Shown piece after piece: positions 40,655 through 51,835 of a stretch of DNA of 64,000 nucleotides. The first letter of the stretch is position 1. Every line of letters starts with the position of its first letter. The stretch is from assembly GCA_963817915.1 (NCBI GenBank), contig CAWFQL010000012.1, forward strand, positions 1-64,000, written 5' to 3'. This stretch comes from an uncultured candidate division Zixibacteria bacterium. GTDB lineage: Bacteria > Zixibacteria > MSB-5A5 > UBA10806. The notes below the pieces were generated by a model. That model searched no databases. It had not been told where the DNA came from and saw nothing but the letters and a program-made list of their open reading frames with translations. The position numbers and the translations under genes were made by a program.

Positions 40655-40864
40655 TAAAAATATCCACCATTGCGAAGCCAAAATATGTCTCTAAAATAGC
40701 CATTTTTTTATTCTTGAACCAGGCTTATCAGTTGCAATAGTTAAATTCAACTTCATCGTGTTTCAAAAGTAAGCATTTTGGACGCCAAAAAGCTCGTTGG
40801 CTGCTTGAGTATTCAATTTTACCGATACTATGGTAAAAGATTGAATTTATGCGACGGGGATAAT

Positions 40865-41290
40865 ATGGACCTAAAATGGAATGACGATTTGCTGACTGGA
40901 AATGCGGTAATAGATACTCAACATAAAGAGCTTTTTAATAGAATTGCGCTTTTTCATGAAGCCTGCAAAAAGGGGCAGGGAAGAGCTGAGCTTTTTAAAG
41001 CATATATGTTTTTGGGCAACTATGTGTTGGAGCATTTCGCCGATGAAGAAGCATTTCAGAGACAATATTCCTATCCCGAATATGAAATCCATAAGGCACA
41101 TCACGAGCAATTTCTGAAAACTTTTATCGAACATAAGAAAAAACTTGAGGAAAATGGCGCGACTATCAGTGCTGTCAACGACACTATCATTTTAATGGGC
41201 AAATGGATTGACGATCATATTAATAATATGGATAAGAGATTGGCGAATTTCCTCAAAGAGAAGAAAAAAGAGAATTACCAGAATGTATAA
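40865..41290 (+). CDS. Bacteriohemerythrin
   Basis: W...L.TG...ID.QHKELF, HFADEE, Y..H...H..F, W...HI...D. Confidence 0.92.
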   Translation: MDLKWNDDLLTGNAVIDTQHKELFNRIALFHEACKKGQGRAELFKAYMFLGNYVLEHFADEEAFQRQYSYPEYEIHKAHHEQFLKTFIEHKKKLEENGATISAVNDTIILMGKWIDDHINNMDKRLANFLKEKKKENYQNV

Positions 41291-41299
41291 AGGCTGAAT

Positions 41300-42424
41300 T
41301 CAGCAAAGATTAAAAATCGACAACTGTGTTTGATTCATCAGCCTGGTTTTTTCCTCTTTATTCCAAACCAATAAGGCCAGATTTTTCGGTTCAATCTTAT
41401 TCAAATCCAAGTCACCCAGGTGTCGCCATTCTCTTTCGTAGCTCCAATCTACATTTTTTTCGCCCTTATTCTGGAAGAACGGTTTTTCAGATTCGGGAAG
41501 ATCATTGTAATCGTCGGATGTCCCGTAGATTACCGGCTTGATTCCAAGTTGGGTGGCTGCGGTTTTTCGAATCGCAACTCCATAAGGCTCGAAATTGTAA
41601 TTGACTCTATTATGCCGCCATCTAATCTGCCTTGTCATCTCATCGGGTTTGACTTCACTGAATCCTACCACAGATATGCCATCGCGGATTTTTTCCGATG
41701 AGCCATAAATCATCTTATTCTTGATTATATTTAGAAGTGTTTCTAACCCATTCCCCGGATATTGCATTCCAGATTCCAAAAGCCTTTTATAGAAGGCAGA
41801 TGATTTTTCATTCGGCCACGGGCCATGACAGGTTTTGGTCCAATGAACTAGGTAATCCCACGATCCAAAGGCGTCAGGGTTATTGTTAAATTTATATTTC
41901 GGAGGCTGATAAATAGATCTCGAATATTCGATTTTCCATTTAGACTCGATTTTCGTGGATATGCCGCAATCATTCAGGAGGCCTTCTAATCTGCCTCTGG
42001 GCCTTATAGATATCGGCGTAATTAAATTTGCCAATTCGAATGCCGCTTTGTCTCTCTTGGCCCAATTGGATTTCGGCGATCTGGAATGTTCGTCCGGCTT
42101 TATAAAAACCATGGCGGTTTTGGCAGGATCGAGATTGAATTCGAGAATTGCTTGATTATATACATCCAGCCCATTTTTGTCATCGAAGATCGGGCTTATG
42201 ATAATCTGTTTGCCCTTGTTGGTCGCGGTTAGATAGACAGCCAATTCCCAGGTTATCATATCAAGGCTTGTGATAATAGTATGACCTTCATTGACCAATT
42301 CCGAAATGGCATGCGACGTCGCCTTAATCCAGGTATCATCGCCGCAGGGAGTCTTTGATTGGCTGCTATTGAGCACGACAGCCAAATTGCCGTCCAAGAG
42401 GCTCTTGTTGCCTTGAATTATCAT
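41300..42424 (-). CDS. Fusion of a DprA/SLOG-like N-terminal domain and an AbiGi-like (ART-fold) C-terminal domain
   Basis: C-half: YLVHWT..TLLNII...I.GS..VGFSE..EPYGVAIRK..GIKPVIY..WSYEREWR. N-half is Rossmann-like with W.KRD..A..LA...P...G. Confidence 0.55.
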   Translation of the reverse strand: MIIQGNKSLLDGNLAVVLNSSQSKTPCGDDTWIKATSHAISELVNEGHTIITSLDMITWELAVYLTATNKGKQIIISPIFDDKNGLDVYNQAILEFNLDPAKTAMVFIKPDEHSRSPKSNWAKRDKAAFELANLITPISIRPRGRLEGLLNDCGISTKIESKWKIEYSRSIYQPPKYKFNNNPDAFGSWDYLVHWTKTCHGPWPNEKSSAFYKRLLESGMQYPGNGLETLLNIIKNKMIYGSSEKIRDGISVVGFSEVKPDEMTRQIRWRHNRVNYNFEPYGVAIRKTAATQLGIKPVIYGTSDDYNDLPESEKPFFQNKGEKNVDWSYEREWRHLGDLDLNKIEPKNLALLVWNKEEKTRLMNQTQLSIFNLC

Positions 42425-42463
42425 CGATGAATCAAATATAGTAATTTAGGGTGGAGGAAGCAA

Positions 42464-43759
42464 TTAGCTTCTACCGAAACCGATATATCGGAAGCCCGCC
42501 TTGCGAGCCTGTTCAGGCAAATAGATATTGCGCGTATCCAGTAACGCGTCGCCCTTCATCGCCTTTTTCAGCCGGACTAAATCTAATTCGCGGAATTCAT
42601 TCCATTCGGTCATTAAAATCGCGATATCGGCATCATTGCATGCGGAATAAGGATTATCCGCGTATGCTATTTGAGGAAAGATTTTTTTGAAATTATCCGA
42701 GGCCAACGGGTCATATGCTGTAATATTAGCCTTTTGGGCGAGAAGCATCTTGGCAATATATTGTGACGGTGAATTACGAATATCATCTGTATTGCTTTTG
42801 AAGGCCAGCCCCAGCAGGCCGATCTTTTTTCCGTTAAGGGTTCCAAGCAATTTGCGGGCCTTTTCGACCACCAATTCGCGTTGACGGATATTGATCTTTT
42901 TTATTGCTTTGGGAATCTGCATATCCACGCCAGCCTTTTCGCCGATTGAATTCAAGGCCGCGATATCCTTGGGCAGACACGACCCACCGAATCCGGGCGA
43001 CGGGTGCAGGAATTTCGGGCCGATTCTGCCATCCATACCGACAGCCTTGGCGACGGTGACAACATCGGCGCCGAAATAATCGCAAAGCTGTGCCATCTCG
43101 TTGATGAATGATATTTTGGCGGCCAGAAAACAATTGGCAGCGTATTTGATTATTTCGGCCGTATTATTATCCGTAATTATCATCGGGGTTTCGATTAAAT
43201 ATAAGCCTCGATAAACTTCCTTCATAATCTCTTTTGCTTTGTCTGATGAAATCCCGATTACGATTCTATTGGGCAATAGAAAATCATTGACTGCCGAACC
43301 CTCTCGCAGGAATTCAGGATTCGATACTATATCGAAATCTGCATTAGTAACCGACCTGATTTTCTCGCTTATCAGCTTATGAGTCCCCACGGGCACTGTC
43401 GATTTTATCGCAATGACTTTATAATCATTGATATATCGTCCAATCTCGGAGGCGACATCAAGCATATCCGAAAGATCAGGATCGCCGTTATTCCCCTCTG
43501 GAGTGCCAACTGTCAAAAATACTACGAGGCTATTTTCGACAGCCTGCCCCAAATCGCTCGAAAATTTTAGTCTTCCCTTTTCGATATTTCGTTTCATCAG
43601 GTCGGAGAGGCCGATCTCATATATTGGATTGCCGCCGCCATTTAAAAGATTGATCCGATCCTGATCCTTATCGATACAGACCACGTCATTGCCGAAATCA
43701 GCAAGGCCGGCGCCCGCGACCAGTCCGACATACCCGGTCCCTATGACACAGATTTTCAC
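42464..43759 (-). CDS. ugd: UDP-glucose 6-dehydrogenase
   Basis: IGTGYVGL, KSTVPVG, NPEFLREGSA, KYAAN.FLA.KISFINE, GFGGSCLPKD, GLAFK.NTDD.R.SP. Confidence 0.95.
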   Translation of the reverse strand: MKICVIGTGYVGLVAGAGLADFGNDVVCIDKDQDRINLLNGGGNPIYEIGLSDLMKRNIEKGRLKFSSDLGQAVENSLVVFLTVGTPEGNNGDPDLSDMLDVASEIGRYINDYKVIAIKSTVPVGTHKLISEKIRSVTNADFDIVSNPEFLREGSAVNDFLLPNRIVIGISSDKAKEIMKEVYRGLYLIETPMIITDNNTAEIIKYAANCFLAAKISFINEMAQLCDYFGADVVTVAKAVGMDGRIGPKFLHPSPGFGGSCLPKDIAALNSIGEKAGVDMQIPKAIKKINIRQRELVVEKARKLLGTLNGKKIGLLGLAFKSNTDDIRNSPSQYIAKMLLAQKANITAYDPLASDNFKKIFPQIAYADNPYSACNDADIAILMTEWNEFRELDLVRLKKAMKGDALLDTRNIYLPEQARKAGFRYIGFGRS

Positions 43760-44856
43760 GCTTTGATCTCCTCGATTTCGGGCTCATTTGGGGCTTTCTT
43801 CAAGCCTAATGATTTTATTCCCATAAGCGCCAATATAATCGCTCCGGCGGATATGGGAAGATAAAAGGTGAAGAAACGCCAGATTCCTGTGAGGAGCGGT
43901 ATTATCGAGAATGGCAATATGCTGTTATATACTATTCCAAATGCCGCCTCGGCGCCGCCGATTGCTCCCGGTGTCGGTATCAGAGTCATTGCCGTGAATA
44001 CCACCCATTGCATCAGGAAGAATAGAATCGGGTCTACTGGATAACCAAGGCCGAGCACGAGGGCGCTTATTGCCCCGTAACGGCAACACCAGCCAATGCC
44101 CGCCACTACTATGCAGAGAAAAAATGTTCCTTTGCCGTTGTAAGAGGCAAATTTAATCGCGGTTTTAAAATCGTCCTTATAACGGCTAATATAGCTCTTG
44201 AATCTGGACATAAGTGAAATCGATACAGTTTGCCGATCGATTCCATCGGTTTGCCGCTTCCAGCTTTTTAGTCTGCCTATCAATATAGTCGCTAAGGATA
44301 AAATCAGAATAATAGCCACCACCAATGGCCAATGAGAAATAAGACTTTTTATGGCAGTTGCGACATATGGGTTATTCCATGCGCCGCTAAATATTATCGC
44401 GACGGGAATCGCAATTGCGAAAAAGATACCGTCCTCAATGGTTCCGATTATTGTGACCAAAGTAGCTTCGCCCGGCGAAAATCCGTATTTGATTAACATG
44501 GCCAATTTGATATAGCTCCCGCCAATCGCGGTCGGGGTCAATGCGGCGCCTAAATCCGAACCGATCGCCGTTGATAGCGCCTGATTGGGTCTCAATTCTC
44601 TTTTGAAAATCCTATTCCATAGGAGCATTCGTCCCGAATGAGCGAACCAGGGTACGAATACCATTATAGCCGCCAACAACAGGTATCCGATATTAAATCC
44701 GCCCAAATCTTTGAAAAGCCCGGGTTTGCTCGCTACCAGGATATAGATAATATTTCCAGCGATCGCCAATGGGACAATTATAACCAATGGCTTGATGAAT
44801 CGTTGGACTAAATCACCGTTGGAGATATTGTTTTTCTGATTATGATTTTCATCCAT
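43756..44856 (-). CDS. Lysylphosphatidylglycerol-synthase TM/flippase-like membrane protein (UPF0104)
   Basis: ALTPTAIGG, IPTPGAIGGAEAAF, WRFFTFY motifs; about 8 TMs. Confidence 0.8.
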   Translation of the reverse strand: MDENHNQKNNISNGDLVQRFIKPLVIIVPLAIAGNIIYILVASKPGLFKDLGGFNIGYLLLAAIMVFVPWFAHSGRMLLWNRIFKRELRPNQALSTAIGSDLGAALTPTAIGGSYIKLAMLIKYGFSPGEATLVTIIGTIEDGIFFAIAIPVAIIFSGAWNNPYVATAIKSLISHWPLVVAIILILSLATILIGRLKSWKRQTDGIDRQTVSISLMSRFKSYISRYKDDFKTAIKFASYNGKGTFFLCIVVAGIGWCCRYGAISALVLGLGYPVDPILFFLMQWVVFTAMTLIPTPGAIGGAEAAFGIVYNSILPFSIIPLLTGIWRFFTFYLPISAGAIILALMGIKSLGLKKAPNEPEIEEIKA

Positions 44857-44880
44857 GGCTTGGTATCTAATTTATCTCAA

Positions 44881-46031
44881 TTATATTTTCAAAAGCTCCA
44901 AGAAGACTTTTTCATATTGGCTGGAGATTTTTTCGATTGCAAATTGCCTTTGAGTAAACTCCCTGGCATTTTTCCCCAGAGTCGCCAATGATTCGGGATT
45001 ATCCAGAAGCGATCTTATTTGATTAGCCATTCCGGAATAGTCTCCTTCCGGAACACAATAGCCATTCTTGGCCATCGATGACCGCGTCAGTTATGCCCTC
45101 GATTCCAGTGGCGATAACCGGGATACCTCGTATGGCCGCCTCCAACGCCACTATGCCGAACCCCTCCATATCGCCTTCAATAGTTCTATTGGGCATTATA
45201 AAAAGATCGCTGACGGCGAATAGATCATTGCGCAACTCTTCTGAAACTCCGTTGAGATAAAATACTCTCGGATGCTGGCTCAGCCTCACCAGATCATCAT
45301 GCGCTGTGTAGCCGCCCGATGCCATCATCAGTAGGTGCGTATTCTTTTTACCCATAATTGGCCGTAACGGGTTTATCCACGATGGCGGTTTGGGTTTTGG
45401 TCCCGCTACGATATAGACATAATCATCGGGCAGATTAATGAAAACATTGGAGATAAATTGGTCGAATCCTTTCCGCTTCAATGGTCTTCCGAGGCTGAGA
45501 AGTACTTTTTTGCCGCGGAGATTTAATCCAATGATCTTTTCAATTCTAATGTAGAGGTCATCATTTCTAATTGTGGTCGCCGAAATATTTTCAGCCGCAT
45601 TCGGGATTAACTTCAATTTTGTCTGAGTTGATTTCAAGTTTTTGGACTTCTCGCGCGGTAGCCATGGCTTACGCAGACTATCTTATCAATAGCATCTAAT
45701 GATTTCTTGAGTTGTTTTCTATACCATTGAATCGGCAGAATGACATCGAGGCCATGAACTGTCGCGACAACTTTCTTTCCAGTTTTAGTCTTTATTCTTG
45801 AACCGATCAGCGATGTCACGGCATCATCGCAATGAATTAATCTGGCGCTGTTAGGTATAGATTTTCTATAAAATTTAGAAAAATAAAGCGGCGCCGCCCA
45901 TTCCGGTCCGCGCCAGGTCACCTTCTCTATATCAAATTTGCCTGCTAATCCTTCGCATAATCTAGCGCTGTGCCGCTGTACTCCGCCAACGCTATCGGGA
46001 TTTTTTCGTATTAGAAAAAGCAATTTTTCAT
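44881..46031 (-). CDS. GT4 glycosyltransferase, split by several +1 frameshifts (~45665, 45608, 45070); start approximate
   Basis: Pieces read GGVQRHS, TVHGLD, LGR...RKG, EGFGIVALEA..G.PVIA...GI.DAV, NGY..P....MA; ORFs 45634-46128, 45023-45637 and 44881-45075 are collinear. Confidence 0.75.
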
Positions 46032-46213
46032 TTTGCCAGCTATTTTCAATCGAAGTAATGCTTTGGATAGTTCCGGCCGACCGCCATTCGCCGTTGACTC
46101 GATCTGTATTTAGAATCATATAAGGCAAAATTATCCTTCGAACCTCGCAGGCCAGCTCAATCTATATTGAATGTCATCTTAAGAATTCGAATACAAAATA
46201 TCAACGGAATAAA

Positions 46214-47410
46214 TCAGTTGGATTTTTCTACATTGGATACGACTCTAACTGAAGATATGCCTTCCAGGCGGCTATTCACGATTTTAGCGTCTTGCTTCTG
46301 GCGGATTATCGATTCGTAATTTTTCAATAGTCCCTTATTGATATTCTCCCAACTCTTGGATAGGGCGAATTTCAGCGCATTGATCGCAAATTGCTCTCTG
46401 AGATTACTATATTTCAGAAGGAATTCCATTTTCATAGCGAAATCGACCGGATCATGTGGACGGGCCAGATAACCTGTTTCACCATTGACGATCAGATTTT
46501 TCACGCCGCCTTCAGATGCTCCTACAGACGGTATTCCCGATGCTCCGGCTTCGATAATTACGTTGCCGAATGTTTCCGTTGTTGACGGGAATACAAACAT
46601 ATCCGCCGATGCGTAAGCACAAGATAAATCAGTGCCGCTAAGAAATCCAGCGAGAACGCAGTCGGGCAATGCCTTTGCGATCTCATCGCGCATCGGGCCA
46701 TCGCCCACGAACACTAATTTAAAAGGTATATTTCTCTCTTTGAGAATCCAATAAGCCCGTATCAAAATATCGATATCTTTTTCGCGCACCAACCGTCCCA
46801 CAAAAAGCGCGATAGGTCTGCCGTCCGGCGACCAATATTTTCTCAGAGAATAATCTTTAAATCGAGGCGAGAAACGGCTGACATCAATGCCCCGTTCCCA
46901 GAGCGCCAAATTTTTGAAACCCCTGCCGTCTAATTCGGCGATAGTGGCATTGGATGGCACCAGGCTCATCGCGCCACGGTTGTAGAACCACTTCATATAT
47001 TGCCAGCCGCGATTTTCCATCCATCCAAATCCATAATATTTCAAATATGAGACATAGCTGGTATGATATGAATTAACAACTGGAACGCCGCATTCCGCAG
47101 CAAGCTTATAAGCGCTCATGCCGAGCAAGAACGGGCTGACTATATGAATAAGGTCTGGATGAAATTTCTCGACGAATGTTCTTAAATCATGGAACGCCGG
47201 CAGGCTAAGCCTGTAATAACGATATAATGGGAACGGGATAGACGTAATTTTGACTACATTGCCAGCCCATTTTTGCGGATCTGGCGCGAATGGTGAGAAA
47301 AAGATATGGTCAATGTTTTCGGATAATAATGACCGATGAAGATAGGACATCGTTCCGCTGACACCATCCATAACTGGAGGCAAGGATTCTGTAAAATAGG
47401 CTATTCTCAT
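46214..47410 (-). CDS. GT4 glycosyltransferase (glycolipid-synthase-like)
   Basis: FTES.PP..DGV, SYHT, W.RG.D...FSP, VGRL.REK, FVFPSTTETFGNVIIEA.ASG.P. Confidence 0.9.
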   Translation of the reverse strand: MRIAYFTESLPPVMDGVSGTMSYLHRSLLSENIDHIFFSPFAPDPQKWAGNVVKITSIPFPLYRYYRLSLPAFHDLRTFVEKFHPDLIHIVSPFLLGMSAYKLAAECGVPVVNSYHTSYVSYLKYYGFGWMENRGWQYMKWFYNRGAMSLVPSNATIAELDGRGFKNLALWERGIDVSRFSPRFKDYSLRKYWSPDGRPIALFVGRLVREKDIDILIRAYWILKERNIPFKLVFVGDGPMRDEIAKALPDCVLAGFLSGTDLSCAYASADMFVFPSTTETFGNVIIEAGASGIPSVGASEGGVKNLIVNGETGYLARPHDPVDFAMKMEFLLKYSNLREQFAINALKFALSKSWENINKGLLKNYESIIRQKQDAKIVNSRLEGISSVRVVSNVEKSN

Positions 47411-47415
47411 AGATA

Positions 47416-48507
47416 TTATTTGCGCTTCTTCATTTTCTCGATTCTCTGCAAGACGCCTTTAATTAGAAACGGCAACACAACCGTAGCGTCGTCCTTGATT
47501 TCCGCGTAAGCTCCGCCCTCGGATTCGGGGACAAATTTCGCCCAGGACACACCTTCCTTATACGAACATCCTGACAATCCACCCCAATGATCAGGTTCCG
47601 GGCAGATTCTGACACCACGAGAATATTTCTTGGGTACTACGGGTAGCTCTTCGAGATACATGATATCGAAGAATGGCGTGATCTGCTGTGCCCAGTTGCG
47701 CGGAACGCCTCCACCTACTGTAAATATGCTCAATGTGCCATCGTGATTATGCACGCGTTTGGCAAAATCGAAGACGTCGACAAAGGGATTGAATGGCGGC
47801 ACGAAGACTTCATCGAATGGCTTCTTCATGAAGCCTTCACTTGTCCTTAATTTTCGCAACAAGAGATCGAGGCTCATTTCGCAATCGGTAAATGCCGGCA
47901 TATATACCGGGATCCCTGCCTTATATGCGGATGCCAGGATGCTTCTTTGGTCGGGATGAATCTCCAATAAAATCTGCCCGAGGCGATTTAGATAATCGGC
48001 CGAGCCCGCCGGCGGAGTTTTGCCATCGAGAGCTGGGAATAAGCGATCGAAATATTTCGCCATGGTTCTTTGCAGATGTTCAAACGACGTTTCGAGTTCG
48101 ATCGTGTCATAAACCCGGCACATGCCTTCATTGTATAAATCGGCATCATCCTTTACAGGCGCTTTGAAATGGCTTCTTTTCAAGCCTTCGGTCAGGCCAT
48201 GCGTAATCAATGCCCCGGTGCTGACTACGGCATCGACTAATTTTTTATCAATCAGATCGCAGATAATCAAGCCCTGCTTGGCGACAGTCATGGCGCCACT
48301 CAGTGTAAGTACGGTCAGGTCCTTCGGGTCGGTGAACATTCCGGTCAGTATCTTAGCGGCTTCGCCCATTTGACGGCCATTGAACGATGTCTTTTCCATG
48401 GCGGTTAAGGCATCATCAAAATCATCTATTTTGGAAATGTCTATCGGCTCTAACGGTTCCAGCCCCTCGCCATCGGTGAATTTTCTCTTTTGCCTTTTCA
48501 TTTCCAT
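47416..48507 (-). CDS. Deoxyhypusine synthase-like protein (possibly homospermidine synthase)
   Basis: TLSGAM, VSTGA...H, R.YD, PAFTD, GGGVPRNWAQQ, GGLSG..Y.EGVSW.K, DATVVLP. Confidence 0.85.
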   Translation of the reverse strand: MEMKRQKRKFTDGEGLEPLEPIDISKIDDFDDALTAMEKTSFNGRQMGEAAKILTGMFTDPKDLTVLTLSGAMTVAKQGLIICDLIDKKLVDAVVSTGALITHGLTEGLKRSHFKAPVKDDADLYNEGMCRVYDTIELETSFEHLQRTMAKYFDRLFPALDGKTPPAGSADYLNRLGQILLEIHPDQRSILASAYKAGIPVYMPAFTDCEMSLDLLLRKLRTSEGFMKKPFDEVFVPPFNPFVDVFDFAKRVHNHDGTLSIFTVGGGVPRNWAQQITPFFDIMYLEELPVVPKKYSRGVRICPEPDHWGGLSGCSYKEGVSWAKFVPESEGGAYAEIKDDATVVLPFLIKGVLQRIEKMKKRK

Positions 48508-48692
48508 AATTTCATCCAGATTTTTATCGTTAATTATTATTCAGAGGTCATCATAATAATAGAAACCCTGAATACATGATTCTAACCATCGGCATATTAA
48601 ATAAAAATGCATTTTTGAATCAAGCTAAATAATCAATTTCTTTTGCGAGAGATTCAAATAGATGAAAGATAAAATATAATTGACTAAAACGA

Positions 48693-48721
48693 TTGACGAT
48701 TGGCTGCTTCTATTTTACTTT
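48693..48721 (+). promoter_or_regulatory. Sigma-70-like promoter; likely leaderless transcript for the M23 gene
   Basis: TTGACG-17 nt-TACTTT, with ATG 48728 six nt downstream. Confidence 0.45.
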
Positions 48722-48727
48722 CACTGA

Positions 48728-50987
48728 ATGAAGAAATTTATGTTAAAATCAATTATCCTTGCAATTCTATTGGCTTATCCCGCTCAGAGCGGCTGATAAT
48801 TATTCTTGGCCGTTGAAAATCACGCCTGAATTAACCTCGAAATTCTGCGATTTCCGCAATGGTCATTTCCATGCGGGGCTCGATATCAGAACTCAGGGGA
48901 AGACCGGCCTTAGTATTTACGCAATCGATGATGGTTTTATCTATCGTGCCGGAGTCTCATTCAGGGGTTACGGGAAGGCTCTTTATCTGCAAACAAATGA
49001 CGGCCGAATTGCGGTCTACGCCCATCTTTCAGGGTTCGGTGAAAAGCTTGAAGACAGAATCCGTTCAACCCAGATGGAAAAACAAAAATACCGACAGGAT
49101 CTATTTTTTAAATCGAATGAATTCCCCGTAAAAAAGGGCCAAATGATCGGCTACACCGGCGATTCAGGCGGAAGCACACCTCATCTGCATTTTGAAATTC
49201 GGTCAGCCAATAACCGTCCCTTGAATCCGCTCGAATTCGGATTTACGTTACCGGACCGAACGCCTGCGTTTTTCGAGAAGCTGGCGATTCGTTCGTATGA
49301 TAGTAATTTTAATCCGGGCGACCCCTGCCATATTGAGTTTATTCCCGTTGATCGAGGTTTCTCGAAAGGGGAATATGCTATCAGGGATACCATAATCAGT
49401 GATGAAATAATGGCACTGGCAATCTCTGGCGGCGACAGGATTAACGGTTCAGGATTTATATATAGCTTTTTTAAACTTGAACTTTCTATAGATGACAGCC
49501 TGATATTTGTAATGGATTCCGATAGCATTTCCTATGAAACCACTAACCAGATCAGATATATTCGCGATCAAGAATTGGGCTTGATGATAAGTGGTACCGA
49601 AAAGTCAGATGTCGATAAGGATATATTTTATCGTCTCTATGTTCCGCCCGGCAATGATCAATTTTTCTGGAATGGATTGCCATCAGATGCCGGAGTTATC
49701 GCACCGGCATTTATCGGGGGAACGACCAGGACAGTCACGATAACCGCATATGATGAAATTGGGAATAAATCAAAACTGAGCTTCTATGTCAAAACCCCCG
49801 AATTGGCCAAAATCAGGCGTCAGGATGTTTCGTATCTCCGCAGGGGAGATATAATCGATATCAATTTCGCGACCGATGCGTCGATGGCTAATGTCGGAAT
49901 AGAATATAGGGATTCAATTGCCAAGAAGTATATTCCTATTTCAAATAAATCGATTTCCACTATGACCAAAAATGACGTTACTCGATATTATAGTGTCAGC
50001 ATGAATTCCAAAAGTCGCTATCGCGATTATCGCTTGCGATATTTCAATATCGCCGGTAAATCATCGCCATGGATTTATTTTTCTGAAAATCCCAACTCGA
50101 GCAAATTATGCCTGACCGGATCGCCGGATAAACTTAGAATTGAATATAGCGACAGCCATTCCGAGATTATACCAACCATATCCTATTTGTATAATGGTCA
50201 ACAGCAATCGTCAGAAATGTATTCGATTGGACCGAACAAGTATGCGATGGAATTGCTGAATTTAAAACTAAGCGGTCCAATAAATTTTACTATTAGAGAT
50301 AAAGATAAAGCGTTAATCGATACTCAGGTAAATCTTCTGCCGATCTATCGGGGCGAAAAAACTTTCGGATATTCGCCGGATTCGACATTGAAGATAATAT
50401 CAAACAGTTCCTCCGCATTTTACCCTGATTATATTTATCCTACAAATGGACAAACGGAAAAAATCTATGGCGTCAATTCCGTGGTTTACGATATCGAACC
50501 CTACCTGCTTGCCGTAAAGTCGCAATTAGCAATGGTATTCGATATCGACAAATTACGGCTTAGCGGCAGAAAAATCTCCGCCTATGGCCAATCTATAGGA
50601 ACCGATAGCTGGGGATTTATCGGCAGACTGGATAATGGCAACCCGCAGATCGGCGCAATTGGCTTAGGAAGGATTGCATTGCTTGAGGACAATGATGCTC
50701 CATCGATTTCTGATATTCGTCCCAATGGTTTTATTAAGTCAGGTAAGCCGATTCTTTCGTGTAAAATATCGGATAATCTTTCCGGCCTGGCGCTCGATGA
50801 TGGGATCGAGATGACAATCGATAATATCTGGGTCCCGGCCGATTATGATCTCAATACGAAAATATTCAGATACCAGGTTCGAAGTCCGTTAGGTCCCGGT
50901 AAGCACAAGCTTGTCATCAATGCGATCGATAATCAGGGGAATTCGGTCACGAAAAGCGCCATCTTTACCATTATGGGAAAATACTAA
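48728..50987 (+). CDS. M23 family metallopeptidase (signal peptide joined by a +1 frameshift at ~48778)
   Basis: FR.GHFHAGLDIRT, YAHL, GYTGDSG...PHLHFEIR; the upstream frame gives MKKFMLKSIILAILLA. Confidence 0.85.
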
Positions 50988-51674
50988 TTGATACCCTTAA
51001 AAGATGATAATCCCACCCAGCGGATTCCATTTATAACTATCGCGATAATTGCTCTAAATATTCTTGTCTTCTTCTATACAGATATTTTGGGCTTTGGAGA
51101 TGATCGGTTTATACTGCATTTCGCTGCCATTCCCATAAATATCATCTCAATGGGAGATTTCACAGGCGTAAGCTCATTGACAGCATTTTCGACCATAATC
51201 ACCTCGCAATTTTTGCATGGCGGGTTTCTGCATCTGGCAGGCAACATGCTTTTTCTCTGGATTTTCGGCAATAATATCGAAGACAAGCTTGGACCGATAG
51301 TATTCTTGTTCTTTTATTTGATCTGCGGTGTGTTTGCATTTCTGGCGCAGATGGTTGGCGATATGTATTCGCAGATCCCAATGATCGGAGCGTCGGGGGC
51401 GATAGCCGGTGTCATGGGAGCGTACCTGATAGCGTTTCCGAAAGCGCGCGTTTTGACATTGATCTGGATCGTATTTTATATACGATTGATATGGCTACCG
51501 GCGTTTGTCATAATAGTTTATTGGGTATTCCTGCAGATTATCTATCAGATTGGAAGCGGCGGAGAGGGAGGCGGGGTCGCGTATCTGGCTCATATTGGCG
51601 GATTTATTTCAGGACTTTTTATTTTCCTTGTCTTCAAGGGCTTTTCTCAATCGAGACCAAAACAGAATTCATAA
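50988..51674 (+). CDS. Rhomboid intramembrane serine protease
   Basis: MIPLKDDNP, FLHGG.LHL.GNMLFLWIFG.N.ED, GASGAIAGV, GGVAY.AHIGGF. Confidence 0.93.
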   Translation: MIPLKDDNPTQRIPFITIAIIALNILVFFYTDILGFGDDRFILHFAAIPINIISMGDFTGVSSLTAFSTIITSQFLHGGFLHLAGNMLFLWIFGNNIEDKLGPIVFLFFYLICGVFAFLAQMVGDMYSQIPMIGASGAIAGVMGAYLIAFPKARVLTLIWIVFYIRLIWLPAFVIIVYWVFLQIIYQIGSGGEGGGVAYLAHIGGFISGLFIFLVFKGFSQSRPKQNS

Positions 51675-51835
51675 AATCCAAAATAGATATAAATCAACAT
51701 TTTCATTGACAATTGCTCTGTATATGACAATTATATATGCATGAATATTAGTTTTGGATTCATAATATATGTGCATCGCTTGGATAATAAATTCCCTAAG
51801 TCTGGCGTTTGAATAATCCGTTAATGATTGGAGAA

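Noticed and set aside
44881..46128. Three small separate ORFs or programmed frameshifting
   Set aside because: The pieces join into one GT4; no slippery heptamers at the shift sites.
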